From: Bacteroidota bacterium
Lineage (GTDB): Bacteria; Bacteroidota; Bacteroidia; Bacteroidales; FEN-979
Reading direction: 5' to 3'
DNA: 64,000 nt
Assembly: GCA_037138335.1 (NCBI GenBank)
Contig: JBAXIO010000014.1
Location: 2,393 to 66,392, forward strand
The translations under genes were made by a program, and so were the position numbers. Positions 27,250 through 36,131 of this stretch are shown here, piece by piece (position 1 is the first letter of the stretch; each line of letters begins with the position of its first letter). The notes beneath the pieces were generated by a model that saw only the letters and a list, made by a program, of their open reading frames with translations, made no database searches and had not been told where the DNA came from.

Positions 27250-28824
27250 ATGCAAAGAAAAGTTGATTTCCTGGTAATCGGTTCAGGCATAGCCGGTTTA
27301 TCTTTCGCCTTAAAGGTTGCCAGGCATGGCAAGGTCTGTATTGTGACCAAATCCAAAATGGATGACACGGCTACCAGTTGGGCCCAGGGTGGGATTGCAG
27401 CAGTGATGCATACGCCTGACACTTTTGAAAAACATATACAGGATACGATCATTGCGGGCGACGGTCTTTGTGATGAACATATCGTGCGGCTTACTATCAC
27501 CGAATCAACCGACCGAATACGCGAACTGATCAGGTGGGGGGCAAAGTTCGACAAGACAAAATCGGGTAAATTCGACCTGGCCAAGGAAGGAGGCCATTCC
27601 GAATACAGGGTGATGCACCATAAGGATAAAACAGGACGGGAGATCGAGGATACCCTGCTTGACCAGGTTAAACGTCATCCGAACATTGAAATCCTTGAGG
27701 ACCATTTCACCGTAGATGTTATCACGCAGCATCACCTGGGTATTGAAGTAAACAAAAAAACCAGGGATATCACCTGCTATGGGGTGTATGTAATCAATCC
27801 CCGCACCCGGCTGGTCGATACCATACTTTCAAAAATCACCCTTATCGCAACCGGAGGGGCGGGCAACGTTTATACGAATACCACTAACCCTCTGATCTCC
27901 ACCGGCGACGGCATTGCGATGGTATACAGGGCCAAGGGGGCTGTCGACAATATGGAATTCATACAGTTCCATCCGACTTCCCTGTATAATCCCGATGAAA
28001 AGCCTGCTTTTCTTATCTCTGAAGCAGTGAGGGGTTTCGGGGCCCACCTCGTGACCCGCGAAGGGAAGGAATTCATGTACAAATACGATTCAAGGCTCGC
28101 CCTGGCCCCAAGGGATATCGTAACCCGGGCCATCGACAACGAAATGAAGATCAGCGGGGATGATTATGTATGCCTTGATTGCCGCCACCTTCCAAAGAAC
28201 GAAGTGATCAATCATTTTCCGACAATCTATGCAAAATGCCTCAGCATCGGGATAGACATTACCAGGGACCTTATCCCTGTTGTCCCTGCGGCACATTATA
28301 CATGCGGGGGAATACGTACCGATGAATTTGGACGAAGCACGATCCAGAACCTGTATGCTTCAGGTGAATGTGCTTCCACCGGACTCCACGGGGCTAACCG
28401 GCTTGCATCAAACTCCCTTCTTGAATCACTGGTTTTCTCGCATCGTTCAAGTTTCGATGCAATCAGCAAATTTAAGTACATTCAGGTACGTGACGATGTC
28501 CCCGACTGGAATGCCGAGGGTACCGTGCTTAATGAGGAAATGGTGCTGATCACGCAAACGCTTAAAGAAGTGCAAAGCATCATGAGCAATTACGTGGGTA
28601 TTGTCAGGTCAAACCTCCGCCTGAAACGTGCACAGGACCGTCTTGAAATTTTATACAGGGAAACGGAAGAATTGTATGACAGGTCTATACTTACGATGAA
28701 GATTTGTGAAGTGCGCAACCTGATCAATATAGGTTACCTTATTATAAAAGCTGCAAGGGCAAGGCATGAAAGCAGGGGGTTACATTATTCTCTTGATTAT
28801 CCCAGTGTTTCTAAAAAGAAGTAA
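27250..28824 (+). CDS. nadB: L-aspartate oxidase
   Basis: The FAD fold DFLVIGSGIAGLS is present, followed by WAQGGIAA, FHPT, HYTCGG and RHESRGLHY. Confidence 0.9.
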   Translation: MQRKVDFLVIGSGIAGLSFALKVARHGKVCIVTKSKMDDTATSWAQGGIAAVMHTPDTFEKHIQDTIIAGDGLCDEHIVRLTITESTDRIRELIRWGAKFDKTKSGKFDLAKEGGHSEYRVMHHKDKTGREIEDTLLDQVKRHPNIEILEDHFTVDVITQHHLGIEVNKKTRDITCYGVYVINPRTRLVDTILSKITLIATGGAGNVYTNTTNPLISTGDGIAMVYRAKGAVDNMEFIQFHPTSLYNPDEKPAFLISEAVRGFGAHLVTREGKEFMYKYDSRLALAPRDIVTRAIDNEMKISGDDYVCLDCRHLPKNEVINHFPTIYAKCLSIGIDITRDLIPVVPAAHYTCGGIRTDEFGRSTIQNLYASGECASTGLHGANRLASNSLLESLVFSHRSSFDAISKFKYIQVRDDVPDWNAEGTVLNEEMVLITQTLKEVQSIMSNYVGIVRSNLRLKRAQDRLEILYRETEELYDRSILTMKICEVRNLINIGYLIIKAARARHESRGLHYSLDYPSVSKKK

Positions 28825-28866
28825 GGCTTAGTCTTTCAGTATTTTTAACAATAACCCCATCTGTTT

Positions 28867-29400
28867 ATGGCTCTTATAAAAGCTGTTAAAGGAGTTGTCC
28901 CTGAATTCGGCTCAAACTGTTTCTTAGCCGATAATGCAACCATTACCGGGGAAGTAGTTATGGGCGATAACTGCAGTGTTTGGTTCAATGCCGTAATACG
29001 AGGTGATGTTCACTACATACATATAGGGAACAATGTCAACGTACAGGACGGGGCTGTAATCCATTGCACCTACCAGAAATGGCCGGTTGATATCGGCAAT
29101 AATGTTTCTATCGCCCACAATGCCATTATCCACGGTTGCACAATCCAGGATAATGTCCTGATAGGAATGGGCGCCATCATTATGGACGGGGCCGTCATCA
29201 ACTCAAACTCAATAATTGGAGCCGGGGCCCTTATCACCGAAGGGACTGTAGTGGAATCTGGCTCAGTATGGGCCGGTGTACCGGCAAAAAAAGTGAAGGA
29301 TATTGACAGGGAACTTCTCGAAGGGCAGGTGAACAGGATCTCACGGAACTACAACCGGTATGCTTCCTGGTACGGCGATGACCCGTCTTCATGGAAATAA
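28867..29400 (+). CDS. Gamma-class carbonic anhydrase family / hexapeptide-repeat protein
   Basis: A left-handed beta-helix hexapeptide periodicity is visible with His ligand positions (IRGDV..IHIG, VIHCT, IAHNAIIHGC). Confidence 0.8.
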   Translation: MALIKAVKGVVPEFGSNCFLADNATITGEVVMGDNCSVWFNAVIRGDVHYIHIGNNVNVQDGAVIHCTYQKWPVDIGNNVSIAHNAIIHGCTIQDNVLIGMGAIIMDGAVINSNSIIGAGALITEGTVVESGSVWAGVPAKKVKDIDRELLEGQVNRISRNYNRYASWYGDDPSSWK

Positions 29401-29432
29401 AAAAACCCGGCCTGTGAAAGGCCGGGTTTTTT
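29401..29432. terminator. Rho-independent terminator, probably bidirectional
   Basis: AAAAA-CCCGGCC-tgtgaaa-GGCCGGG-TTTTTT lies directly after the gamma-CA stop codon. Confidence 0.8.
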
Positions 29433-29434
29433 AT

Positions 29435-29476
29435 GTGATTAGTGATTGGTGAACCGTGATCAGTGATCAGTGAATA
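29435..29476. repeat. Tandem heptamer array, 6 units of GTGAnnn
   Basis: Read directly: gtgatta gtgattg gtgaacc gtgatca gtgatca gtgaata. It lies between the terminator and the 3' end of ompH (29508). Confidence 0.9.
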
Positions 29477-29507
29477 AAATCAACAAACTGTCACTGTTCT
29501 GTGTCCA

Positions 29508-30029
29508 CTAGTTCGTAATTCCAAGTCTCTTCTTAACCAGGGGCATGACATCATCGCCGGGTTCGCTGTAAAGCACAACATCTTCAATGGAATTAAGGAT
29601 ATAGGTGTATTTGTTTTCTTTCGCAACTTCTTTAACAGCAGCTTTTGCCTTGTCAATAAAAGGCTGAACAAGTTCCTGCTGTTTTGCCTGCATGTCAGTT
29701 TGTGCTTTCTGCTGGAAAGCATCGATACGGGCCTGAAGGTCCTGGAGTTCCTTTTCCTTTGTCTGTTTGATCAGATCCGACATGGTTGCACTTTGTGACT
29801 GGTAATCCATGTATTTGTTTTCAAATTCCGATTTCATTGCATCCATCTGGTCTGTAAGGGTCTTCTGGTAAACCTGGAGTTTAATCTTTACGGAATCAAT
29901 GCCAGGCATGGCCTGCAGGAGTGTGTTGAATTCAATGTGGCCTATTTTTATAGGATTCTGTGCCTGGGCTATTGCCGACATACAGAAAATAATTGCAACA
30001 ACAGCTAAAGTCTTTACTAAATTTTTCAT
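29508..30029 (-). CDS. OmpH/Skp-family periplasmic chaperone
   Basis: A signal peptide is followed by a long coiled-coil region rich in Q/K/E (LQVYQKTLTDQMDAMKSEFENK...). It sits downstream of bamA as in other Bacteroidota. Confidence 0.8.
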   Translation of the reverse strand: MKNLVKTLAVVAIIFCMSAIAQAQNPIKIGHIEFNTLLQAMPGIDSVKIKLQVYQKTLTDQMDAMKSEFENKYMDYQSQSATMSDLIKQTKEKELQDLQARIDAFQQKAQTDMQAKQQELVQPFIDKAKAAVKEVAKENKYTYILNSIEDVVLYSEPGDDVMPLVKKRLGITN

Positions 30030-30067
30030 TTTGTGCTATTAAATGGTTTATACTTCTATTGGGTTTG

Positions 30068-30075
30068 CAAAATTA
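30068..30075 (-). promoter_or_regulatory. Bacteroidota -7 promoter box (TAatTTTG on the minus strand) upstream of the second ompH
   Basis: The plus-strand CAAAATTA is the reverse complement of TAATTTTG, about 38 nt upstream of the start at 30029. Confidence 0.4.
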
Positions 30076-30112
30076 TTAAAAATTCCTGAATGCCAAACAA
30101 TCAGCAAGGGCC

Positions 30113-30727
30113 TTATTTTTTAGCGCCCTTGGGTTCCTGTCCGCCACTGCTGTTGTCAACGGGTTTTGCCCCGCCGGTATCACCGGGTTTGGTGGTTTTG
30201 CCCTTGCGGCCCGATAAACTGGCTCCAAGTTTGTCGAGAACCTCGTCACTGATATCATATTTGGGGTTGGCGAACAATATCGAAAGACTGCCGCCCTTAT
30301 CAAAGATTACAGCATAATTGCTTGTGGTGGCTATATCCTGAATTGCATTGTATATTTTCTCCTGTATAGGTTTGACAAATTCCTGCCGTTTTTTGAACAG
30401 GTCCCCGTCTTTGCCGAATCTTGTCCTCTGCAGGTTCTTTGCATCTTTCTCGGCATCCACAATTTCCTGCTCCTTCTTCTTCTTCATGTCTTCAGGAAGA
30501 AGGACGGCCTGGGCCTGGAATTCCTTGTACATTTTGTCGACCTCGGCAAATTTCGCGTCAATCTCTTTCTGATACTGGTTGCTTAATTCATCAAGCTGAG
30601 CCTGCGCCTCGGCAAACTCGGGGATGTTATCCAGGATGTACTGGCTGTCGACATAGGCGAATTTCTGAGCCTGGCCGAGTGATGCCAGAAGGAAAAACGC
30701 AACGATTATTAATGCTAACTTTTTCAT
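30113..30727 (-). CDS. OmpH/Skp-family periplasmic chaperone with a Gly/Lys/Pro-rich C-terminal tail
   Basis: A signal peptide is followed by KFAYVDSQYILDNIPEF and a coiled-coil Skp-like core. The tail reads GRKGKTTKPGDTGGAKPVDNSSGGQEPKGAKK. Confidence 0.8.
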   Translation of the reverse strand: MKKLALIIVAFFLLASLGQAQKFAYVDSQYILDNIPEFAEAQAQLDELSNQYQKEIDAKFAEVDKMYKEFQAQAVLLPEDMKKKKEQEIVDAEKDAKNLQRTRFGKDGDLFKKRQEFVKPIQEKIYNAIQDIATTSNYAVIFDKGGSLSILFANPKYDISDEVLDKLGASLSGRKGKTTKPGDTGGAKPVDNSSGGQEPKGAKK

Positions 30728-30780
30728 ATCCTTGATGTTTACTTTGTTGCCAAATTTATTAATGTCTTTTTATCCTTCAA

Positions 30781-30854
30781 TCCAGTTATCCAGTTATCCA
30801 GCTATCCAGCTATCCAGTTATCCATCTATCCATCTATCCATCTATCCATCTATC
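30781..30854. repeat. Tandem octamer array, about 9 units (TCCAGTTA / TCCAGCTA / TCCATCTA)
   Basis: Read directly: tccagtta x2, tccagcta x2, tccagtta, tccatcta x4, tc. It lies inside the bamA-ompH intergenic spacer (bamA stop 30862, ompH start 30727). Confidence 0.95.
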
Positions 30855-30861
30855 TTTTACG

Positions 30862-33486
30862 CTAATCAAGTGACGAATTGATAGAGAAATGGAACTGGCT
30901 TCCGTTGGCTCCCGGTGCATTCGGAACCGGATCCAGGCCGTAACCCCAGTCAAGCCCTAACAGCCCGAACATTGGCAGGAAAACCCGTATCCCCACTCCT
31001 ACCGATCGGTATACATTGAATGGATTGAACTCCTTCCATGAGCCCCAGTCATTGCCCGCCTCCAGGAATGTAAGCCCATAAATGGTGGCAGATGGGTTCA
31101 AAGAAATAGGATATCTCAGCTCAAGGGTGTATTTGGTATAACATACCCCGCCAAGGATAGTATTGGGGTACCCCGGTGTAAGTGAGTTGTTAACATAGCC
31201 TCGCATCCCGATGAGTTCACGTCCGTCCATATTATTGTAACCGGTAAGACCGTCGCCGCCAAGGTAAAAACGCTGGAAAGGCGTGATCCCCAGGTCATAG
31301 TTGTAGGCACCCAGTATCCCAAACTGCACCCTTGGGGTCAGTACAAGTTTCTGAATAAGGTTGATATACCAGGCTCCCTTGAATTTGAATTTCCAGAATT
31401 CCACCCATTTGTACTTTTCATTCACCGACATCGTACTGTAGTTGACATTGCCGTTAAAGAGCGAATAGGGAGGTGTGACTTCACCCGTTATCGAGAACTC
31501 CGAACCACTCCTTGCAAAGATCGGGGCATCAACACAATTCCTTGAAAGGACAATAGAATAGCTGAGGGCATTGTATGTACCGTTACCCCCGCCGAAGGAG
31601 AAAATAGAAGAATAATTCTGGGTTGTATACTTATTATAATTGAGAGAATGGTATAAGGTGAAGTAGTTGTCGGGCCATTTCAACTGTGAACCGAGGCCGA
31701 TAGATACCCCGTCGATCTTGAAAAACCCAAACAGAGGATCGTCATTGGCCAGGCCGTTGGTATAACGGGAATGCACATACGAAAGACTGAGTGCAAGAGG
31801 TTTCTTCCCGCCAACCCAAGGTTCGGTGAATGAGAACGAATAACTATAATAGCCTTTGCCGTATGTCTGGAACCTCACGCTGAGCTTCTGACCGTCCCCG
31901 GCAGGGATAGGCCTCCAGGCTTTAAAGTTGAGTATGTTCCTTAACGAAAAATTGTTGAATGACAATCCCAGGGTGCCAATGATCCTGCCATATCCCCAGC
32001 CGCCCGAAAGCTCCACCTGGTCGGCTGAAGTTTCTTCAACACCGTATTCGATATCAACCTGGCCCAGTTCCGGCTTGGGGTTCACGTTCGGCGTAAGCTT
32101 CTCAGCATCAAAATATTTCAGCTGTGCCAGCTGCCTCTGGGAGCGTATCAGGTTGTCGCGGCTGAAAAGCTGCCCCGGCCTGGTTTGCACTTCACGGAGG
32201 GCAACATGGTCATTGGTTTTTGTATTACCCTTTATTGAGACTTTGTTGATGGTTGCCTGCGGCCCTTCATGCATGCGGATCTCGAGGTCAATGGAGTCGT
32301 TCTCCACCTTCACTTCCACAGGCACCACGTCGAAAAACAGGTAGCCGTCATCCATATACAGGGAACGGATATCAGCACCGTTTGGATTATAGGATAAGGC
32401 CGTCTCCAGCGCCTCCTGGTCGTAAACGTCACCTTTTTTAAGTTTAAGGAAACGGTTAAGCACATCAGCGGTATACTTGGTGTTGCCCACCCAGCCTATG
32501 CTGTGAATATAGTATTTGGGGCCTTCCTCAACCCATATATCAATATTGATACTGCTTTCATCGAATTTGGAAATGGAATCCCTGATGATCCTGGCGTCAC
32601 GAAATCCCAGGGAATTATACTTTTTAAGGAAATTCTGCTTGTCTTCCTCGTAATCTTCCGGGATGAATTTTGAGGATTTAAAGATCCTCATCCTCACATT
32701 TTCAGTACCCTGTTTCTCCACATCGTTGACGATCTCGGGGAAATCGAGTGTGGCTGCATGAAGGCCTGCATTCACTATCATTTCACTTGCCCCGTTCATG
32801 GGATTGAAAACGCTTTTTTCCTTGGTCTTCTTCATCGAAGCCATTACCATTTCACGGCTGATCTGGGTATTCCCGTGGATATTGATCTGGTATATTTTGA
32901 CCCTCTCCTCTTTGTTTATATTGATGAACAGGATCACATCGTTGGCTGCCGCTGTGTCTTTCTTCTGCTGGACATTGATCTGCACATTCAGAAAACCCTT
33001 GTCGGTATAATATTTCCGAATGATATTTTTGGTCTTTAGGATCATGTTGTCGGTAACGTATTCACCCTTTACCAGCCTGATCTTCTCACGGATCTCATCG
33101 GCATCTGACTTTTTTATTCCGGTGAACTGGAATTTTGAAAGCCTCGCCCTTTCCTTCATCCAGATATCAAGGAAAACCTGGTTATCGACAATCTTTGTAA
33201 CCGAGATCCGGATATCCTCAAACAGCCCCTGGTCCCAGAGCTTCCTGATAGCCGCTGTAATCCTGTCACTGGGAATCTTGACCTTTTCGCCAACGGTCAG
33301 TCCCGAAAGCATGATCAGGACATTTCCGTCAAGGTATTTCACTCCACTGACGGTAATACCGCCAATAATATATTCTTTCGGGTTGGAGTAATCCACTCCG
33401 GTCTGCTGGCCGATAGTGATCTGGGCCCTGGAGACAGGCACAAGAAGAACGAGAAGCAGGAAGAGTATCAGATATCGTTTAGCCAT
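30862..33486 (-). CDS. bamA: Outer membrane protein assembly factor BamA
   Basis: The start is taken at MAKRYLILFLLLVLLVPVSRAQ, 1 nt after the uppS stop. About 400 aa of POTRA-type repeats are followed by a C-terminal Omp85 beta-barrel (GGDGLTGY..., RGY, LEAGNDWG, VGVGIRVFLPMFGLLGLDWGYG). Confidence 0.9.
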   Translation of the reverse strand: MAKRYLILFLLLVLLVPVSRAQITIGQQTGVDYSNPKEYIIGGITVSGVKYLDGNVLIMLSGLTVGEKVKIPSDRITAAIRKLWDQGLFEDIRISVTKIVDNQVFLDIWMKERARLSKFQFTGIKKSDADEIREKIRLVKGEYVTDNMILKTKNIIRKYYTDKGFLNVQINVQQKKDTAAANDVILFININKEERVKIYQINIHGNTQISREMVMASMKKTKEKSVFNPMNGASEMIVNAGLHAATLDFPEIVNDVEKQGTENVRMRIFKSSKFIPEDYEEDKQNFLKKYNSLGFRDARIIRDSISKFDESSINIDIWVEEGPKYYIHSIGWVGNTKYTADVLNRFLKLKKGDVYDQEALETALSYNPNGADIRSLYMDDGYLFFDVVPVEVKVENDSIDLEIRMHEGPQATINKVSIKGNTKTNDHVALREVQTRPGQLFSRDNLIRSQRQLAQLKYFDAEKLTPNVNPKPELGQVDIEYGVEETSADQVELSGGWGYGRIIGTLGLSFNNFSLRNILNFKAWRPIPAGDGQKLSVRFQTYGKGYYSYSFSFTEPWVGGKKPLALSLSYVHSRYTNGLANDDPLFGFFKIDGVSIGLGSQLKWPDNYFTLYHSLNYNKYTTQNYSSIFSFGGGNGTYNALSYSIVLSRNCVDAPIFARSGSEFSITGEVTPPYSLFNGNVNYSTMSVNEKYKWVEFWKFKFKGAWYINLIQKLVLTPRVQFGILGAYNYDLGITPFQRFYLGGDGLTGYNNMDGRELIGMRGYVNNSLTPGYPNTILGGVCYTKYTLELRYPISLNPSATIYGLTFLEAGNDWGSWKEFNPFNVYRSVGVGIRVFLPMFGLLGLDWGYGLDPVPNAPGANGSQFHFSINSSLD

Positions 33487-33487
33487 C

Positions 33488-34273
33488 CTATCGCCTATGC
33501 ATTTTTTGTTCAAGTTTATTGATCTGTTCACTGGTCAGTCCGAACCTTCTTTCCCTATGCTGATAATCAACGATCGCAGCATAAAAATCATCCTTTGAGA
33601 AATCGGGCCATAATACGGGGGTAAAATACAATTCGGCGTAGGCAATCTGCCATAATAGAAAATTACTGATCCTGTATTCGCCGCTGGTCCTGATAAGCAA
33701 CTCGGGTTCGGGAATATTATAAGTTGTCAGGAAACGGTTAAAACATTCTGTATCAATCTTATCAACCTCAAGTTTCCCATCCTGTACTTCATGGATTATA
33801 GATTTAACGGCTTCGATGATCTCCCACCTGGAGCTGTAACTGAGTGCAAGTACCAGCTTAAGGCCTGTATTGCCTGAAGTCGCCTGGATAGATTTCGTCA
33901 GCTCTTTCCGGCTCCCTGCAGGAAGGCTTTCAAGGTCCCCTATTGCTTCAAGGCGGATGTTATTCTTCATCAGCGTTTTCATTTCTTTGTGAAGGGACTT
34001 TACGAGTATCCTCATCAAAGCGTCGATCTCATACTTTGGCCGGCTCCAGTTTTCAGTCGAAAAAGCATACAGTGTGAGGTAGCCAATTCCAAGTTCGGCT
34101 GCAGCCTCAACCGTATTCCTTACCGAATCAACGCCCCTTTCGTGGCCAAGAGTGCGGGCAAAACCCTGCTTCCTGGCCCAGCGCCCGTTCCCATCCATGA
34201 TAATGGCTACGTGCACGGGCAGCTTTTTGACGTCAATCCTGTCTTTTAAACTCTTTTCGGCCATGGATCCCAT
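33488..34273 (-). CDS. uppS: Undecaprenyl-diphosphate synthase (isoprenyl transferase)
   Basis: HVAIIMDGNGRWA, TLYAFSTENWSRP and IRTSGEYRISNFLLWQIAYAELYFT are present. Confidence 0.9.
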   Translation of the reverse strand: MGSMAEKSLKDRIDVKKLPVHVAIIMDGNGRWARKQGFARTLGHERGVDSVRNTVEAAAELGIGYLTLYAFSTENWSRPKYEIDALMRILVKSLHKEMKTLMKNNIRLEAIGDLESLPAGSRKELTKSIQATSGNTGLKLVLALSYSSRWEIIEAVKSIIHEVQDGKLEVDKIDTECFNRFLTTYNIPEPELLIRTSGEYRISNFLLWQIAYAELYFTPVLWPDFSKDDFYAAIVDYQHRERRFGLTSEQINKLEQKMHRR

Positions 34274-35115
34274 TAGTGTTCTAAATCCCTGCAGCGTTTA
34301 CGCCCTACCAGGTTAAATTTATATGTCAGCGTTACTCCGCTGAAAGAATACCAGTCGTTGTTCCTCGAATTGCCTCTTTGCATGCCTGCACTGTAACTCC
34401 TGGTGGGATCTGAAAGAAGTTCCCCGGGAGTCGGGTTTGGGATATCAGGCATATTAAGATAATACGTCTTGCTCACGTCATCAATATAATCTGTAAAGGT
34501 CTTATGCATCTCCCAGAAAACTGCAAGGCCCAGCCTCCGGGCAAGGCTGATTTTAACTCCAAGCCCAAATGGTATCCCGAAAGAGTATGTCTTATAGGGA
34601 GTCCGCCCTTCATATCCTACCTGCTGCCCTTCAGTGCCAGCACTTTGCAGAGAAACGCCCCCGCTTTTCGGGTTAAACATAAAAAACGAGAATCCTGCGT
34701 AAATATAGGGAGTTATCCAGTTCTTGCGGCTACCCACGTAAAAATCAAAAAAATTAAATTCGGCAACAGCCGAGAAATCAGTGATCTGGTCGGTAAACGA
34801 AAGATCTCTTTCAGGCATGAATTTCGATTGGGTGGAAGATCCCAGCAGGTTACCCCGGCTGACGCTGAACTTTACTGCCCAACGGTCGTTAACGACATAC
34901 CTGGCCAGGACACCATACGCAATATTGTAATTCATGAAATGTTTCCCGGGATTCAGGTCACCTAAGTAATAACATCCTCCACCGTATAAACCTGCTTCCA
35001 GACTCTGGGCAGAAAGGCTGCTGCCATATAACCAGAATATGCTTACGGCAAGAGCATGCACCAGTACTTTCGGATGAAAGGGCCTGCTTTTTTCAGTATG
35101 CATTCCGGTAAACAT
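34273..35115 (-). CDS. Outer-membrane beta-barrel protein (DUF6089-like)
   Basis: A signal peptide is followed by alternating aromatic/Gly beta-strand patterning, ending ...LTYKFNL. It sits upstream of uppS-bamA as in many Bacteroidota. The family name is from memory, not searched. Confidence 0.5.
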   Translation of the reverse strand: MFTGMHTEKSRPFHPKVLVHALAVSIFWLYGSSLSAQSLEAGLYGGGCYYLGDLNPGKHFMNYNIAYGVLARYVVNDRWAVKFSVSRGNLLGSSTQSKFMPERDLSFTDQITDFSAVAEFNFFDFYVGSRKNWITPYIYAGFSFFMFNPKSGGVSLQSAGTEGQQVGYEGRTPYKTYSFGIPFGLGVKISLARRLGLAVFWEMHKTFTDYIDDVSKTYYLNMPDIPNPTPGELLSDPTRSYSAGMQRGNSRNNDWYSFSGVTLTYKFNLVGRKRCRDLEH

Positions 35116-35193
35116 AAATTACTTGGTTTTGAACAATCTATTTAAACGTGAAAATCCTGATTTTATTGGATCGGCTTCAGCCAGGAAAATTAT

Positions 35194-36072
35194 CTAGTTA
35201 CGAACATCCAGTCCCCAGTTTAATTTATCCCTTAGTGTATTGAAAAAAGAGGCATCCACCAGCCTCAGCAGACTGATTTTGAAATCGGCCTTCCTGATCA
35301 GCAGTTCAAGAGGGTTGTGAACTTCCTGTATGCGCGAATCCATGCTCACAAAAAAAGAAGTGTTTCCTCCCCCGACAAGGATGCGTATCTCGACGTCATC
35401 CCTGAGGACAACAGGCCTTACCGTGAGATTATGGCTTGCAATGGGAGTGATCACAAACGACCCGGCGTCAGGCGCTATGATGGGGCCTGTACAACTCAAT
35501 GAATAGGCCGTGGAACCTGTAGGGGTTGAAACGATAAGCCCATCCGCCCAATAGGAATTAAGGAAATCACCGTTGACCCAGGTTTGTATGGTAAGCATCG
35601 ACATGGGTTTGGCTTTGTAAACGGTGATTTCATTCAGGGCAAAATTTACAGGCCGGAATAAACCGTTCGGTGTTTCAAGTTTAAGCAGGGTGCGCTGGTC
35701 CAATTTATAATCTGAAACAAGGATTGCATCGAGGGCGGGAATGATCTGCTCTGTTGAAATGCTTGACAAAAATCCAAGCCGGCCCAGGTTAATGCCAGTT
35801 ATCAGTATACCGGAATTTCCCACCAGGGTAACTGCATCCAGCATGGTCCCGTCGCCTCCTATTGAAAATAATATATCGGCCTTGCCCTGAATCCCGGCCT
35901 GGCCGGTGAAAAGGACAGGTTCGGAAATGAATTTCAACTTTTCCCCGAACGACCTGAAAAAAGGCTCATAAAAATACAAAGGCCCCCCGGCGGGCTCAAG
36001 CTTATCCACCAGAGTCTGTAAAAGCGGCAAAACCGCCTCGGCCAGATGTTTTCCGTAAACGGCAAATTTCAT
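35194..36072 (-). CDS. nadK: NAD kinase
   Basis: FSIGGDGTMLDA, NLGRLGFL and STPTGSTAYSLS are present. Confidence 0.9.
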   Translation of the reverse strand: MKFAVYGKHLAEAVLPLLQTLVDKLEPAGGPLYFYEPFFRSFGEKLKFISEPVLFTGQAGIQGKADILFSIGGDGTMLDAVTLVGNSGILITGINLGRLGFLSSISTEQIIPALDAILVSDYKLDQRTLLKLETPNGLFRPVNFALNEITVYKAKPMSMLTIQTWVNGDFLNSYWADGLIVSTPTGSTAYSLSCTGPIIAPDAGSFVITPIASHNLTVRPVVLRDDVEIRILVGGGNTSFFVSMDSRIQEVHNPLELLIRKADFKISLLRLVDASFFNTLRDKLNWGLDVRN

Positions 36073-36099
36073 CAGAAAGGCTTAATTTGAAACAGTTTG

Positions 36100-36107
36100 C
36101 AAAGATA
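36100..36107 (-). promoter_or_regulatory. Bacteroidota -7 promoter box (TAtcTTTG on the minus strand) for nadK
   Basis: The plus-strand CAAAGATA is the reverse complement of TATCTTTG, about 27 nt upstream of the start at 36072. Confidence 0.5.
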
Positions 36108-36131
36108 CCATAAAAAGGGATACAAAAAACC

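Noticed and set aside
26417-27584. Long minus-strand ORFs (275 and 198 aa) opposite sucB and nadB.
   Set aside because: The sequence is Ser/Leu/Ile-rich and low in complexity, typical of the antisense frame of a well-conserved gene. sucB and nadB on the plus strand are unambiguous.
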